From: Polymyxa betae A26-41
Taxonomy: Eukaryota; Protista; Endomyxa: Phytomyxea
Assembly: GCA_003693705.1 (NCBI GenBank)
Contig: RBZT01000127.1
Location: forward strand, 1-64,000
Direction of reading: 5' to 3'
DNA length: 64,000 bases
A program made the position numbers and the translations under genes. Numbering within the stretch: position 1 is the first letter of the stretch; each line of letters begins with the position of its first letter. Positions 21,901-34,033 of this stretch are shown here, one piece after another. The notes beneath the pieces were generated by a model that was not told the origin of the DNA, did not search any database, and saw only the letters and a program-made list of their open reading frames with translations.

Positions 21901-23242
21901 CTTGACAGATCCAAAGAAACCAGAGCTGATAAACAGTCCGCAAATGCAATGATTCTGAAAGAAAAAAGACAAACCTGATACAAGCTGTTGGGATTCTGCC
22001 ATCAATGAAGCCCCTTTACTTGAAACGGAACAGTTGGAAACAGCCAGATACTCAATTGGAGCCTTTGAAGAGGAAATGGCTTCTATCAGAAGCTCAAATC
22101 CTAATAAACTCTGAGGCGTAATAAACAACGAAGTCGGTGTGCTGCATACCTTCGTCACCAAGTATCTGGTTTTTAATTATTAAAGTTTTGAGGCGTGGCA
22201 CTGTCACCGCTGACTTCATCGTATTTCCAATAATTTTGATAGCAGACTTTGTCCAATTATTGCCATGGCAAATTAAACTATGCACTATGTTGTTTGGGGA
22301 GAAAGCAATCTGCAAACGTACAGGTCAGATTAGCATTATATAAATAAAATTCATTTACAGCGACAATGCATGATAATGCATCTTCAGGTAAAGTGAGGTT
22401 GTCAGGCAGAACAATTCTTTCAAAAATATCCTGATTTCGAAGACATTCACTTATTGCTTGCAAATCTTCGAATACAGAGTTGTCAAACATTTTCTATTTC
22501 ATGGAATATATTTACCTGCCGATGTCATCTTTGCTAACGTCGAGGAATCCGACAGAAAATAATTGACTACGTTTAGCTCCCTCGTGTCATTATTCTTGAT
22601 CGAATCATAAAATGCATAAATTGGTCTCAGTTCCTACAGATGATCAGATGTTCCACGAATGAATTGAATATGTTAGGCCAGTTCTAACTCACATATCTAT
22701 CACATATAGCCAGATATAGAGCTCCAACAGAATCTGATATAGAGTAAGATTGTGCATTGGCAGAGACAGGAGGTAGTTGAACGCCAGTTGTCTGTAGAGG
22801 ACCTCGAGCTCGATCGAACGCGCGAAGCGATGAATATACCGAATTTGAAAATTGCTGTAAAATGGTCGGGTTTTCAAATTGTATTGACCAAACCTCAACT
22901 TGTTTAGTTGTCCGAAATCTAGATGACAAAATTATTCAAAGTAAATGGAGTTGTTAAGGGGCGATTCAACCCTATTTTGATCATAGAAGGATCTTTCTCA
23001 AATTCCATCGAATCGACATCAAGCATTGAGAATGATTTCTTTACAGCAGCTTGTGATAATCGCTTCTTCTTTTTGATCAACGCCAAACGAAGATTAGTGG
23101 CCAATATCAGGCATTCCTTTGGCTTCTTGCCAATTGATCGGGCTATTAACGCCGTCTCCAGAAATATTTGTGTTTGCCGAGTGCCTTGCAAATCGTCTAC
23201 AAATCGTTTTGCTATTTTGGCTTCATCTGATGCCATTGGCAA
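18929..23242 (-). CDS. CARMIL-like PH-LRR protein with C-terminal RhoGAP domain (multi-exon)
   Basis: N-terminal PH-like segment, many LxxLxLSxN repeats, and RhoGAP motifs GIFRLAP (arginine finger), K-VWFRDMP and KMTPHNLAIVFSPN. Confidence 0.8.
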
Positions 23243-23642
23243 AGCAACGACAGTTCTTGTTGCTACTATCGCAAACTAAAGTTCACGATAATCGGCAGTG
23301 GCACGTGCCTTATAACTTCGTTGACAATATCTTCAGAAACCCAGCTACAGATTAATTCTTTTCGCTTCCATTTTAGACCAAAATTAGACAATTCCACGAT
23401 CGTGAGCGGCACGAAAATTGAAAATAATCGAGAATGATCGGGAGTGTTCATGGACTTAAACATTTCATAGAGCCAGGCTAAAGTAATTTAAGGCTTTAGA
23501 CGGGAGCGATCGAATTAGATAGGCGATTAAAGGTTGTTTATTTAACATGTTGACTATTGATAAGGTGATAGAATGAGGGTCACGCAATGTTGGCTTCTTT
23601 GATAGATTGTGTTGGGGTCTGATTATTACAGGATTGATTCAC

Positions 23643-24011
23643 ATGAGATTCTGTCCAGCATGTGCTAATATGCTGCTGGTAGAGCATTCCGATAGCGGTC
23701 TTAGGTTCTTCTGTGATACATGCCCATATGTCTATGGTATACGGTCACCCATAGTTACTACCGATTATCTCGAGAGGAAGAAAGTCGACGATGTTCTCGG
23801 AAGTATTTCCGATTGGGATAATGTTGCTCAAACTGAAGGTAATTTTGCCTCATTTTCAAAAACACTTTGAGAACGCTCTGTAGCTATATGCCCGAAATGC
23901 TCGAATAAAAAAGCATTCTTCTTCCAGCTACAAACAAGAAGTGCTGATGAACCTATGACGAACTTCTACAAATGCACAAACTTCGATTGTCAGGCCCGCT
24001 GGAAAGAATGA
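23643..24011 (+). CDS. RPC10: RNA polymerase III subunit C11 (2 exons; intron 23839-23883)
   Basis: MRFCPACANML..FFCDTCPY..VDDVLG and CPKC...QLQTRSADEPMT.FYKC. Confidence 0.95.
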
Positions 24012-24149
24012 GCTGCATTGACCCCTTTCTACTCCACAATAATCTATTTCTGTATTTATATCTAATAGAGCTTGATATCCATGAATATATTTTATGATGA
24101 TTAATTGCAATCGCTTTCTCTAATATATATAACTAAACATTTTTCTAAA

Positions 24150-26769
24150 TTAGTCGCCGGCAGAACCTCTACTTGAGCTAGAGCTTTTCTCTGGCTCTTC
24201 GTCTTCAGATTGTTCCTCAAATTCATTATTGGCGAACATATCTGTAACAAACGGATGTGACATGAGGTCATTGGCGTCCGGACGATCATCCGGAGACCTA
24301 CCAACATCAATGATCCTACAGAAGACATGTGTTTCATAATACAGACCTTGTTAAACATTTCCGAATAAAATCTTTAGCGACATCCGATAACCAGTCAGGA
24401 ATTTTGGGTACTGCATTAGAGTTGCCAATGTGATACAACGCCCTGAATGGATTATCGAAGTTGCATTCTGCCCAAGGTGACGTAGCAGTTGCCATTTCTA
24501 TTAAGACGCAACCAAGGCTCCATATATCGACCTGAGTCCTCAGTTAATAACGTCATGGTACAGTCATTTCGAATAATTATACCTTGCGACCGTAATTGCC
24601 CAGGAGTACTTCAGGAGCAGTCCAAAGCGGAGTGTAATTATAACCTATCGATGGCGCCTCTTTGGCAAGAATATTCTCAAACTGCTTAGCTGATCCGAAG
24701 TCTGCTAGTTTCAAGTTTCCAAAAGTATCTACAAGCACGTTTTTTCCCTAATGTTCATTTAGAGATCACAATCGTGATGAGACCTAATGAACCTTGATAT
24801 CACGATGTATAACATCCTGACGATGCATGTATTCCAGTGCTGATAACAGTTGAGCAGTATACATTTTTATAGTCGGCTCCTTAAAATGGCCGAAACTTTT
24901 AGCATGTTAGACATTGTTTTAAGCCAAATGAGTTATTCAGTTCACCTTTCAAGTAAAAAATCAATTGATTTTCCAGGAACGTATTCCATTAGGATGTTGA
25001 GCTTGGTTGTATCTTGCTCAGTTCCCAACAAAGCAACAATATTAGGATGCTTGAGCTTCTTCATCAAATTAATTTCCGTTTGAAGTTGCGCGGCGCGAGC
25101 TTTGTCTTCCATCGTGGTCAGCTCAATCTGAACAGGAAAGTGAGTTTGAAACATTTAAGATTTGATTTGAGCACACCTGTTTGACAGCTATTAATTCGCC
25201 AGTAACAAGCATCCCCATATAGACTTTCCCAAACGATCCCTTTCCTATCATATCGCCTTTCTTCCATTCTAGCTTGATTTCAGTGTTAGATTCAGGGGCA
25301 CCTTGAGTGATCGACATTGTATGCCCCTTGGGAAGTCTTCTTGGCGAAGATCGGCGTTTTTCTTTTGAGCTTGGAGACACTGGTGGCGATACCGTTAAAG
25401 CAGGTGCAGAAGTCGAAAGTGTCGGTTTAGGAGCAGCAGCTACTTCTGTTGATGAAGTAGGACTGATAGATTCTGGATCAGATGATCTTGCACGATGTCG
25501 ATCTGATGAGTTTGATAACAGCGAAGGCGAAGCAATGGGATCATTTGGAAGCGGCTGTAAAATACTTCTTATCCGGGCATCTACCTGTATAAATATTTAA
25601 ACAAACAATGCAAGAGTTAATATTAACACATACTTGTCTGTTGAACCCATCCTCTTTGATAGGCAACGATGGAGATACTGATGAGGTTATCAAGCAGTCT
25701 TGACAACAAATTAGCTTATCTCGCACCTTTGCCGATATTTTATCTAATTGCTTTTGACAGAATGAACAGCGAAAGCAGTCAGGATGGAATTTAGCTCCAA
25801 CAGCAGCCACAACCGTATGAACAGGAACGGGCTCTCTACAAACATTACAGACGACACGCATTGATGATGCTGAAATATGATTGGAGCAACGTAATTCGCC
25901 ACCAATCGACAGATATTTGTCAAGATGTACAGCACATTGAACGCAGCGAAAACATTTTCCATGATAGAACTCGGCATTGACGGCCATACAGTCATTAAGT
26001 ATAGGCTCACCACAAGATGTACATCTGTGAGCGAATAGCTCTTGATAATCTTGCTGGCAATATAAATGATCATCTTTTCGAAATATGGTAGAGCCAGATT
26101 TAGCCAATGGTCTCAAACAATGATGACAGGCAAGGCAGTGCTCATGATAGGGCTTTCCACTAGCCTTTATAATCTCATCAGCCTTCGCCTCTTGGCCACA
26201 GTGTGCACATCGTTCTAATGGGCCACCACATTTTTGACAGTATGGTTGACCATCTCGATTGAAGAACGTTGTGCCAAGTACACTCTGGCATTTAGTGCAA
26301 GTGAAATGTTCAGGATGATAATGAGCACCCATTGCTCCGATCATTTTTCCATTACTTATCCGCTCATTGCATTTCTTACAAACAGGTAGCAGCTTCTCGT
26401 AATCAGCTTGGCAATAGAACTTTTCTTTTTTGTGCCAAAACTTTTTCCCATGAAGAGTTATTCCGCATTGACAACATGTAAAGCATTCTGTGTGGAACTT
26501 CACCGTTCCAACCTTTATATAGGATGAAGTCCCCGAGATGGATTTTCTACATGCATAGCACGTGATGGCATCTGTGCCAGATGTTGACGAGGGCGGCAAC
26601 GCGGTTCCATTGGCGGCCGCCATCGCCATCTGGCTGGTTCCTGGAATAAGGACCGAACGAGACAAATCGTTTTTCCAAAACCCAGCCAGAGACTCGAATC
26701 CAAAGGACCAGTACCAAAAAATGTATAGGCTGTGTGATGAGAGCTATTGGCACTGTGCTGTTCGGCCAT
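24150..26769 (-). CDS. Five LIM domains fused to a STE11/NPK1-like MAP3K kinase domain (multi-exon)
   Basis: Five LIM-type CxxC..HxxC..C units; kinase WKKGDMIGKGSFGKVY, AVKQ, HPNIV, MEYVPG, HRDIK, ADFG, GTP, DIWSLGC. Confidence 0.85.
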
Positions 26770-27031
26770 AAAAATCTTTGGTCGGAGCCGTACTTGGTTG
26801 AATGGGATGAAACATTCGCCTCACCAGCCTCATTAAAGTCAAATTCAGTATCAATATGAGAATGTTTATATAAACAATGACTACTGTAGAGAGACTTGGT
26901 TTTGTTTCGTTAAGCGTCTTTCATACAAAAATGTATCGTAAAATGTTAGACAGACGCCTGAGATTGTGAATTAGATAGACGGACAATTTGTTGTGTATTT
27001 TTTCAGATTGAGCTAATCACTTGCTCGGAAT

Positions 27032-27751
27032 ATGTCATTGAAAGGCAATGTGACGTCGCCTTCTCCAGCACATCTAAAGTTGCTTCTACGTGGCCTACCG
27101 GAGACTTTTGATCTGGAACAATGTCTTCAAGCGATGGCATTGAAGTCGCTGTATACCTATTATAATCCCAAGCAGCAGACTGGCTGGGTAGCTCTGTCGC
27201 CTGCTCCATCCGAAAGCGATCTTTTGCCGATCTGTCAACAACTGATGAACGCCACACAATCGTTATCTATTGAAAAAGCACCATTGCAAAAAATCCCTCG
27301 TTCACATAGTCGCCGTGACCTTTCCGTTAATTCTATAGAGGTCGATCCTCATTATGTGAAATTTCTGGATTCGCGTACCGAAGATGGAGCGATGAAGCCA
27401 GTTGCTAAGCCAGCCGTCGAAGTCGAAAAAATCCCCACTACGGTCGCTCCTATTGTCTCATTTCTAGCGAGTCGCGAAAAAATTCCCAAAGGCCAAACGT
27501 ATTCTGGACCATCAACTGCTGAGGCTTCCAATAGGGCAGCTCGACGAAAGAAACCCAAAAAGAAGAAGGAGAGAAAAAAGAAAACGGATAGTCCTGATTC
27601 TGCCAGCTCTGTTCCCAGAGCTTTCAATTCAACTAATAATGTGAAGCCCACAGAGCCTGTCAGCTTTGGTGTGAAGATCTTGACGAAAACAAGTAGTCAG
27701 CCAAATATACGGTGGCAAATCAAGCAGTCCAGTAGCCATTCTCAAGGATAA
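27032..27751 (+). CDS. UPF3: Nonsense-mediated decay factor UPF3/Smg-4 family
   Basis: KLLLRGLP, APLQKIP, SIEVDPHYVKFL and PIVSFL motifs followed by a basic tail. Confidence 0.7.
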   Translation: MSLKGNVTSPSPAHLKLLLRGLPETFDLEQCLQAMALKSLYTYYNPKQQTGWVALSPAPSESDLLPICQQLMNATQSLSIEKAPLQKIPRSHSRRDLSVNSIEVDPHYVKFLDSRTEDGAMKPVAKPAVEVEKIPTTVAPIVSFLASREKIPKGQTYSGPSTAEASNRAARRKKPKKKKERKKKTDSPDSASSVPRAFNSTNNVKPTEPVSFGVKILTKTSSQPNIRWQIKQSSSHSQG

Positions 27752-27789
27752 TTCCTTTCTATGATTTAGGAATTTCGAGTACGAGCGAT

Positions 27790-29078
27790 TTCCAAATCAG
27801 CTCAGCGTTGTAGGCTACATTCCGCTCTGATCTGTTTGGTCGTGATGCAGTTGGACGAAATCAATACGTTTATTCGTGCTATCTAGACAATTAAAACATT
27901 TGTCGAATCTGTTGACAAGATTTCACTTCTCATGAGTCGCCTGTTTAACAATGTGAGGCCATTCGACATCAAATGACTGAACGACATTACAACGTGAGAT
28001 GCATGCTAGGGCTGAAGATTCTTTCTCGTTGTAAACAGAGCATATATTGATCTTGCTCTCGCCTGAGGTTTGAAGAATTTTCTTTGTGATCGTTAAGTAA
28101 TTTAGTCCAGATTTTTATTGTAAATACCCTGTTCTGATGTACAACTTTCCAACCATCGAACTGTTCGATTCAGGCGATAGCATCAGGAACGCTTAAGGGG
28201 AGCCTTACCTTGATAAATATTTTGGATTGAGTAGCCAATTGAGACCCAAATATAAAACTCTCCAGCACTGCAAATATATCTCTCTTGAAACGATGACAAG
28301 ATCTTGATCATTCTTGTCTTCTGTGTCTCGAATGTTTTAGAATCCTCCTGAACACATTGCTACGATCTGTACTGGTGCTTGGAAGATCTCCGATTGGGCG
28401 CTTAAAAAGCTTTTTAAAAAAGGAAATAACTGCTAGAGGACACAAACGAACCCATTAGCCACAATAATTATGTGGGCAGAGCCGATGATAAACATCAGCA
28501 AGACATCTAACATGAACATTAATAGGATGCAGATGTGTGAATTGGACCAATGTACTGATACAGTCAGGCATTTTAGTTGTGATTGTGTTGTAGGAGCTGG
28601 TGGAGGATGTGAGCTGCTCAACAATCTGGTCTTGATTTCATACAATATCGATCGTGTAGATTACCCATAAAGGTAAGACCTCTGCGTTCCTCCAAATGAA
28701 AATAGAACGTCAGCACATACAGTAAGCAGAAATAAGCAGGAGATGATACTTAAACCCTGTATGTAATCATACAGAATTTTCTTTCAAAATGAAATATTTG
28801 TAACTGTACGTCAACAAGTGTCAAAGTTCAGCTTATTGCAACTGTACAGTCTACTTGAGAATCAACAGTTTCAATATTCTCAGGACGAGCTCCTTGTGTA
28901 TGATGATAGAGACTACCGTCGCGATAGCCAACACAACTAAGGAAACTTGTGCCCCTGTGGGGGATAGCAGATTGTAGGAACATTGCTATAATCTGAATCA
29001 ATGCGAGCAGTATACTTGATAGGCCGAGATGAGAATGAGCCCCCCGATCATACAGAACAGCGATATCAGTCCAAACAT
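27790..29078 (-). CDS. Hypothetical multi-exon membrane protein (3' end uncertain)
   Basis: Hydrophobic exon-like frames (MFGLISLFCMIGGLILISAYQ; AQVSLVVLAIATVVSIII) with GT-AG boundaries; no family recognised. Confidence 0.3.
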
Positions 29079-29167
29079 CACTTTCTAGATTTCTAACAGA
29101 AATGCACGTGATTTGGCTTGGGAAGCATCAACCATGAGCGCATGGAATCACTGGCTGGAAAGAGTCG

Positions 29168-29563
29168 ATGGACATCCACCAGATTTCTAACATGAGCCGT
29201 TCTGAGGGGGATTCCAGATCGCCTACGACTTTGCATGGCGAGCATCAGGCTGCGAGTTTAGAACCAAATAATGACGATGCTGCAGTGTCGCAAACAGAAT
29301 CTTCAGTAAACACTGGACAAGAGGCTACCAGTAGTCAGTTTATGACTGCAGAAGGCTGTGATGAACTCCCTATCATCGACCTAACAGTCGAACCTGTTTA
29401 CAAAGATAACGGCACAAGTCACCAAACTATCCCAGTCATTGATCTAACATCATCAGTTTCAGAGAAGAACAAAGTTGAAGTTCATATTGAACAGGAAAAG
29501 GTTGAAAGAAGCTGTGAACGTGAAGTTGAGATTCATGTCAGTGGTATTGATCGCTCCGCTTGA
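29168..29563 (+). CDS. Small disordered protein with two SUMO-interacting-like motifs
   Basis: 131-aa acidic ORF containing PIIDLT and PVIDLT. Confidence 0.5.
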   Translation: MDIHQISNMSRSEGDSRSPTTLHGEHQAASLEPNNDDAAVSQTESSVNTGQEATSSQFMTAEGCDELPIIDLTVEPVYKDNGTSHQTIPVIDLTSSVSEKNKVEVHIEQEKVERSCEREVEIHVSGIDRSA

Positions 29564-29664
29564 GACATTCGTCTATGAAATCAGTAACATGCTGGACAGA
29601 AAATTTATTTGTCAAGAGATTTATAGGAGCAATTAAAACTAAAATTGATTCATTAGTACTATGT

Positions 29665-30740
29665 TCAGCATGGAATAACTTTCCCTGTAGAACGGTCTAC
29701 TTGTGGAGTACAGCATGTCCAGAAGGGAGTTTCAATACAATCAAGATAACGACACCACGAGCATATCCTAAACAATTGCGATCAAGACGTCTTGAAAGCT
29801 AGTTTGTTACTGTTTTACCTGTTGGGATCCGAATTCCAGATAAAAATCCAGCTGAGAACAATAAACCATAAAATAATACAAACAGAAGATAGAAGTATGA
29901 GAACTGTGGAATACCATGGTTTGGTTTTGGTTTGATATCCATAATTATGATGTGGATCGATAAGAACGATAGAGCCCATGAGAAACCCACCCACAAATCC
30001 ACCTAGGTGGGCCCTTAGCAATACATGTTATATTAGAAGCATTAGCACATCCTATATGAGATTGCTTACCAATTATCAACAATGGGTAAAAGTCCTAGTG
30101 AAGAGTAAATCACTCCATGCATTTTCGCTCAATTCGCATACCAATAGCTAAGCCGAAAGCAGCGTTGACAATCAGATTCAGCAAATAACAGAAAGCGCTG
30201 CCCTCCATAAGTCTATAATTATGCAAGAAATCCCCGAAAAGGGACCCGATTAGTCCAAACTAGAATATTGTTTCATTTGGTGATTGACTCTATCAATTAA
30301 TGATTACATACCAATGCTCCTGAAGCGCCAATGCTAATCTGCAATGGAAGAAATACAGCACTTAGTAGATTGCCGCTAATGCTTGATGTCAAATATATAA
30401 CTGCTAAACGCCACCATCCAAATCCTTGCTCAATATTACCACCAAGACGCCAGATCATATTCAAGTTCAAAACGATATGAATAATGCCAGCATGCAGGAA
30501 GGCTGCTGTTATGAAACGCCACCATTCACCAGCTCGAATTTTTGCAGAATCCTTAGCCCCAAGATCGTCTAAAACAGCGGCCGAAGGACCAAATGTCGGA
30601 TTATCACTAAAGCTTTCGAATCGCCAGTGATTCTGGTACATTGAGTATGTGAAGGCGGCGACATTTACAATGATCATCAAAACAGTAAACCTTCTTGGAT
30701 GGACAGTTGGAGGCATCATATATGTCGTGGAGTTGACCAT
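29665..30740 (-). CDS. Rhomboid intramembrane serine protease (multi-exon; 5' end may extend further)
   Basis: GEWWRF...FLHAG..H...N, GASG, DNW-AHLGG, C-terminal CSWCRYLDC. Confidence 0.9.
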
Positions 30741-31201
30741 ATTTGCCTAAGGTTAAAGGCAGTAAATATAGTTTCGAATGATGAAGAAGCGACGATGTAA
30801 CCTGAATTGCACTGCTGTGCCGATAACCCTCACCCGCAACCAAAAGATATCAGCCAAGCACCCAACACCAAACACAAATGGTGAAATTTAGAGATTTCGC
30901 TAGAACTAACCATACCACAATTTTCGAGCCTTGTCAAGAGATTTAACAAACATCTAGGCACGTGCCTCGGAGAAAGAGTTCAGAACATATTTTTGGCTAA
31001 AAGAGTGTTTATGATGTACGAACGTCAACTGCAAACGTGAAACTGACTGATAAGTTGGACTATAATGATAACCTGATACTATAGCGATATAAATGTATAT
31101 ATATCACTATAGATATTGTGATTAATACGGAGATGTTTATGGTGTGTCTTGTACTATAGAGTATAGACTATAGAGTATAGACTATATTCTACATCTCTCC
31201 T

Positions 31202-31341
31202 ATTATAATACTTGTATATCAACCATCATCAAGATCCAAGTACTAATAGCCACTCCCTGCTCTCTCATATTCATTATAATACTTGTATATCAATCATCAT
31301 CAAGATCCAACTACTAATAGCCACTCTTTGCTCTCTCATAT
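31202..31341. repeat. Tandem duplication, period 71 bp
   Basis: 31202-31270 vs 31273-31341 with ~4 mismatches. Confidence 0.9.
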
Positions 31342-31469
31342 AATCTACAATCTATCTTCGCTTCTAGACAACCGATATTCGCTCTTTTCATTGCCAATAT
31401 GGTCGTCAGTTTCTGCTGTTCAGATTATGTCTGCCTAATGCCATATTTATAGGCCGCTTTCTTTAACTT

Positions 31470-31790
31470 TCAAAGTCTTTTATGCGTCATATTGCTAACG
31501 ATTTGCACATGCGCGTATATTCATGCAAGATGGCCCTCAATATTGGATTCGCATAAGACAGGGTATTTGGGACTCTCTTCATGCCTGCTTGTGTGTTAAC
31601 TTGGAACAGGTTTCGTGGACTGTTTTGGAAGTTTGCACGAGTTGGTATGGGCAAATGCTAATAATACTGTGCTCAATAAGTGTTGACTATCTATTGTAAT
31701 AGGAGAACGTCTAAGTCCAATTATTAGTTTTTGTTGCTTAGCAATGGGATTCAGTACCATTTTCCTGGAGTCTTAATGAATCCTCTAAAC
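31470..31790 (+). ncRNA. Candidate structured ncRNA, family unassigned
   Basis: Consecutive long stems, one with about 11 G-U pairs that form only on the plus strand; no ORF; T-run near 31826-31833. Confidence 0.35.
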
Positions 31791-32027
31791 TTAAAACTTA
31801 CATAAAAGTAAATTAACATTTATACTTTTTTTAACTTGTTGGAGGCAACTCACTATCTTATATGCCTGAAATTGTTTTAGTGAAAATGAATTTAATCAAG
31901 AGTGTATGGCATGAGAAGATTCTAATAGAAACTGGAAATGGGTCTTGGACGAATCAGCAAGTTTATAAAAGGTTGTTGAGGCTGGAGAAGTTGATAAATA
32001 GGAGATTTGCGCTAATATTCAGAATTG

Positions 32028-32078
32028 TCGGACTTGATTCAAGTCCGAAAAATTAGGATCGGGTTCCTCATCGGACTT
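32028..32078. promoter_or_regulatory. CGGACTT motif cluster, including palindrome TCGGACTTGA-T-TCAAGTCCGA, upstream of RPL8
   Basis: Three copies within 75 bp of the ATG; the same motif lies upstream of SNU13, RPL28 and REX4. Confidence 0.55.
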
Positions 32079-32100
32079 CACTCGTTGTCATCTTGCCGTT

Positions 32101-32871
32101 ATGGGTCGCGTTATTCGTGGGCAGCGAAAGGGCGCTGGTAGCGTCTTCAAGGCCCATGTGAAGCACCGCAAAGGCGCCGCCAAGCTGCGCTCTGTTGACT
32201 ACAGCGAGCGCCATGGCTATACTAAGGGTGTCGTTCGTGAAATCATCCACGACCCTGGACGTGGTGCTCCCCTGGCTCGTGTCGAATTCCGTCACGCTTA
32301 CAAGTACAAGAAGGCCAAGGAGCTCTTCATCGCTGCTGAAGGCCTTTACACCGGTATGTTCGTCTACTGTGGTAAAACTGCCCAGCTGACGATCGGTAAC
32401 GTCCTGCCTCTGTCGTCCATGCCTGAAGGTACCTTGATCTTCAACGTTGAAGCTAAACCTGGTGACCGTGGTACTCTGGCTCGTACCAGCGGTAACTATG
32501 CTACTGTTATCTCTCACAACTCCGATGAGAACAAGACCCGTCTTCGTCTGCCTTCCGGCGCGAAGAAGATCGTCAACTCGGACTGCCGTGCTACTATTGG
32601 TGTTGTTGCCGGTGGTGGTCGCTGTGATAAGCCAATGTTGAAGGCTGGCCGTGCTTACCATAAGTACAAGGCTAAACGTAACTGCTGGCCTAAGGTTCGT
32701 GGTGTTGCTATGAACCCTGTCGAGCACCCGCACGGTGGTGGTAACCATCAGCATATTGGTCATCCATCAACTGTCAAGAGGGATGCCCCAGCTGGTCAGA
32801 AAGTCGGTCTTATTGCTGCCCGTCGTACTGGTCGTCTGCGCGGAAAGAAGAAAATCTCCAAAGAGATGTAA
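32101..32871 (+). CDS. RPL8: 60S ribosomal protein L8 (uL2), intronless
   Basis: [16 protein letters not shown]...[25 protein letters not shown]. Confidence 0.99.
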   Translation: MGRVIRGQRKGAGSVFKAHVKHRKGAAKLRSVDYSERHGYTKGVVREIIHDPGRGAPLARVEFRHAYKYKKAKELFIAAEGLYTGMFVYCGKTAQLTIGNVLPLSSMPEGTLIFNVEAKPGDRGTLARTSGNYATVISHNSDENKTRLRLPSGAKKIVNSDCRATIGVVAGGGRCDKPMLKAGRAYHKYKAKRNCWPKVRGVAMNPVEHPHGGGNHQHIGHPSTVKRDAPAGQKVGLIAARRTGRLRGKKKISKEM

Positions 32872-33176
32872 TTGCATTTCTTCTATCCTGCTGTGTTTCT
32901 GTAATTCAATACACCGAAATTGCTTTAGTTTCATACCTTCTAATTCGTAACAAGGCATACAATGACACTCGAATCAAGTATTTGTTGAATTCTTTACTTG
33001 AAAGAGCGATGTAATTGTAATCTGATGTTATCTTTTTATATTTACGACTTTGGGTTCGTTGAATTTATAAATTGAATATCGAATGATGCATTCTAAAGCC
33101 CTTGGAATCTATACTACCGATATATGAGAGCTGATGCGATTCTGTGGCTTTGCAAAAACTTTATTTCGCATTTCTT

Positions 33177-33935
33177 ATGGATGAACTCTATGTATGCGTT
33201 GAAGGCATTCCTCTCTTCCAGCTAATCTATGGTCGTTCTGGTCCACCTGGTCGTCTACATAGACTTCAACCTGAGCAATTACCAGATCCAGTACCTCCAC
33301 TTCACCAATTAATATCAGTATGGCCTGATCATTTTTAGTCCAATCAGTTTTCTCATAACTGTAGGAGTTTCCACATGCTGCCTGCCAACGATGTCTCCAA
33401 GAACCAGATAGGAAGTCGCTGGTTGGTATTGGTCCGGCTTCTCATAATGTATTGGGTGATAGGAGTGATAGCCTATCTCTCTATGATTATTTAACCAAGA
33501 TCCAAGACAATCCCCAATGGATTATAACTTTGGCGAATAACACGAGTATGTAAACATGATATGTCAAGCTTTATATGAAATTTGATATAGTATGCAGATA
33601 GACATTGTGCTGACGCTCTGCTTCTATATTGTTGTCGAAACATATGTAATCTACCAGATGATCATGATCTATGTCTAGTGAGTGGACTACCATGTAAATT
33701 ATCAGCTATAATCATGTCGGCTGTAAGGAATAGTTCGTTCCTGTCTCTGGATCCACCTCAAGCCACACTCTTTATCGAGCAACTTGTGGATTCTGGAAAT
33801 TCAGAACGGACCAGGCTCATACAATCATATCTGAAGCTCGTGTACAGATATTTAAAGCCGAACCAATAAATCTCAGATATCTTGGCTGCAATCACTGAAT
33901 CAGAAGCAATAGAGGTGATAATAAGAAAACTATAA
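33177..33935 (+). CDS. Hypothetical protein (about 4 exons)
   Basis: The frame stays open across three plausible GT-AG introns; no family recognised. Confidence 0.45.
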
Positions 33936-34033
33936 CAAGAGTGGTCTGTTATCCTGCAAATTACTGCGTGATTTTCACTTTTTCAACATCTTTGTTAGAT
34001 TGAGGTTGGCGAATCTGATAGACAAGAATAGTC

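Noticed and set aside
32068-32763. 231-aa antisense ORF over RPL8
   Set aside because: Expected shadow of strong codon bias in a highly expressed gene.
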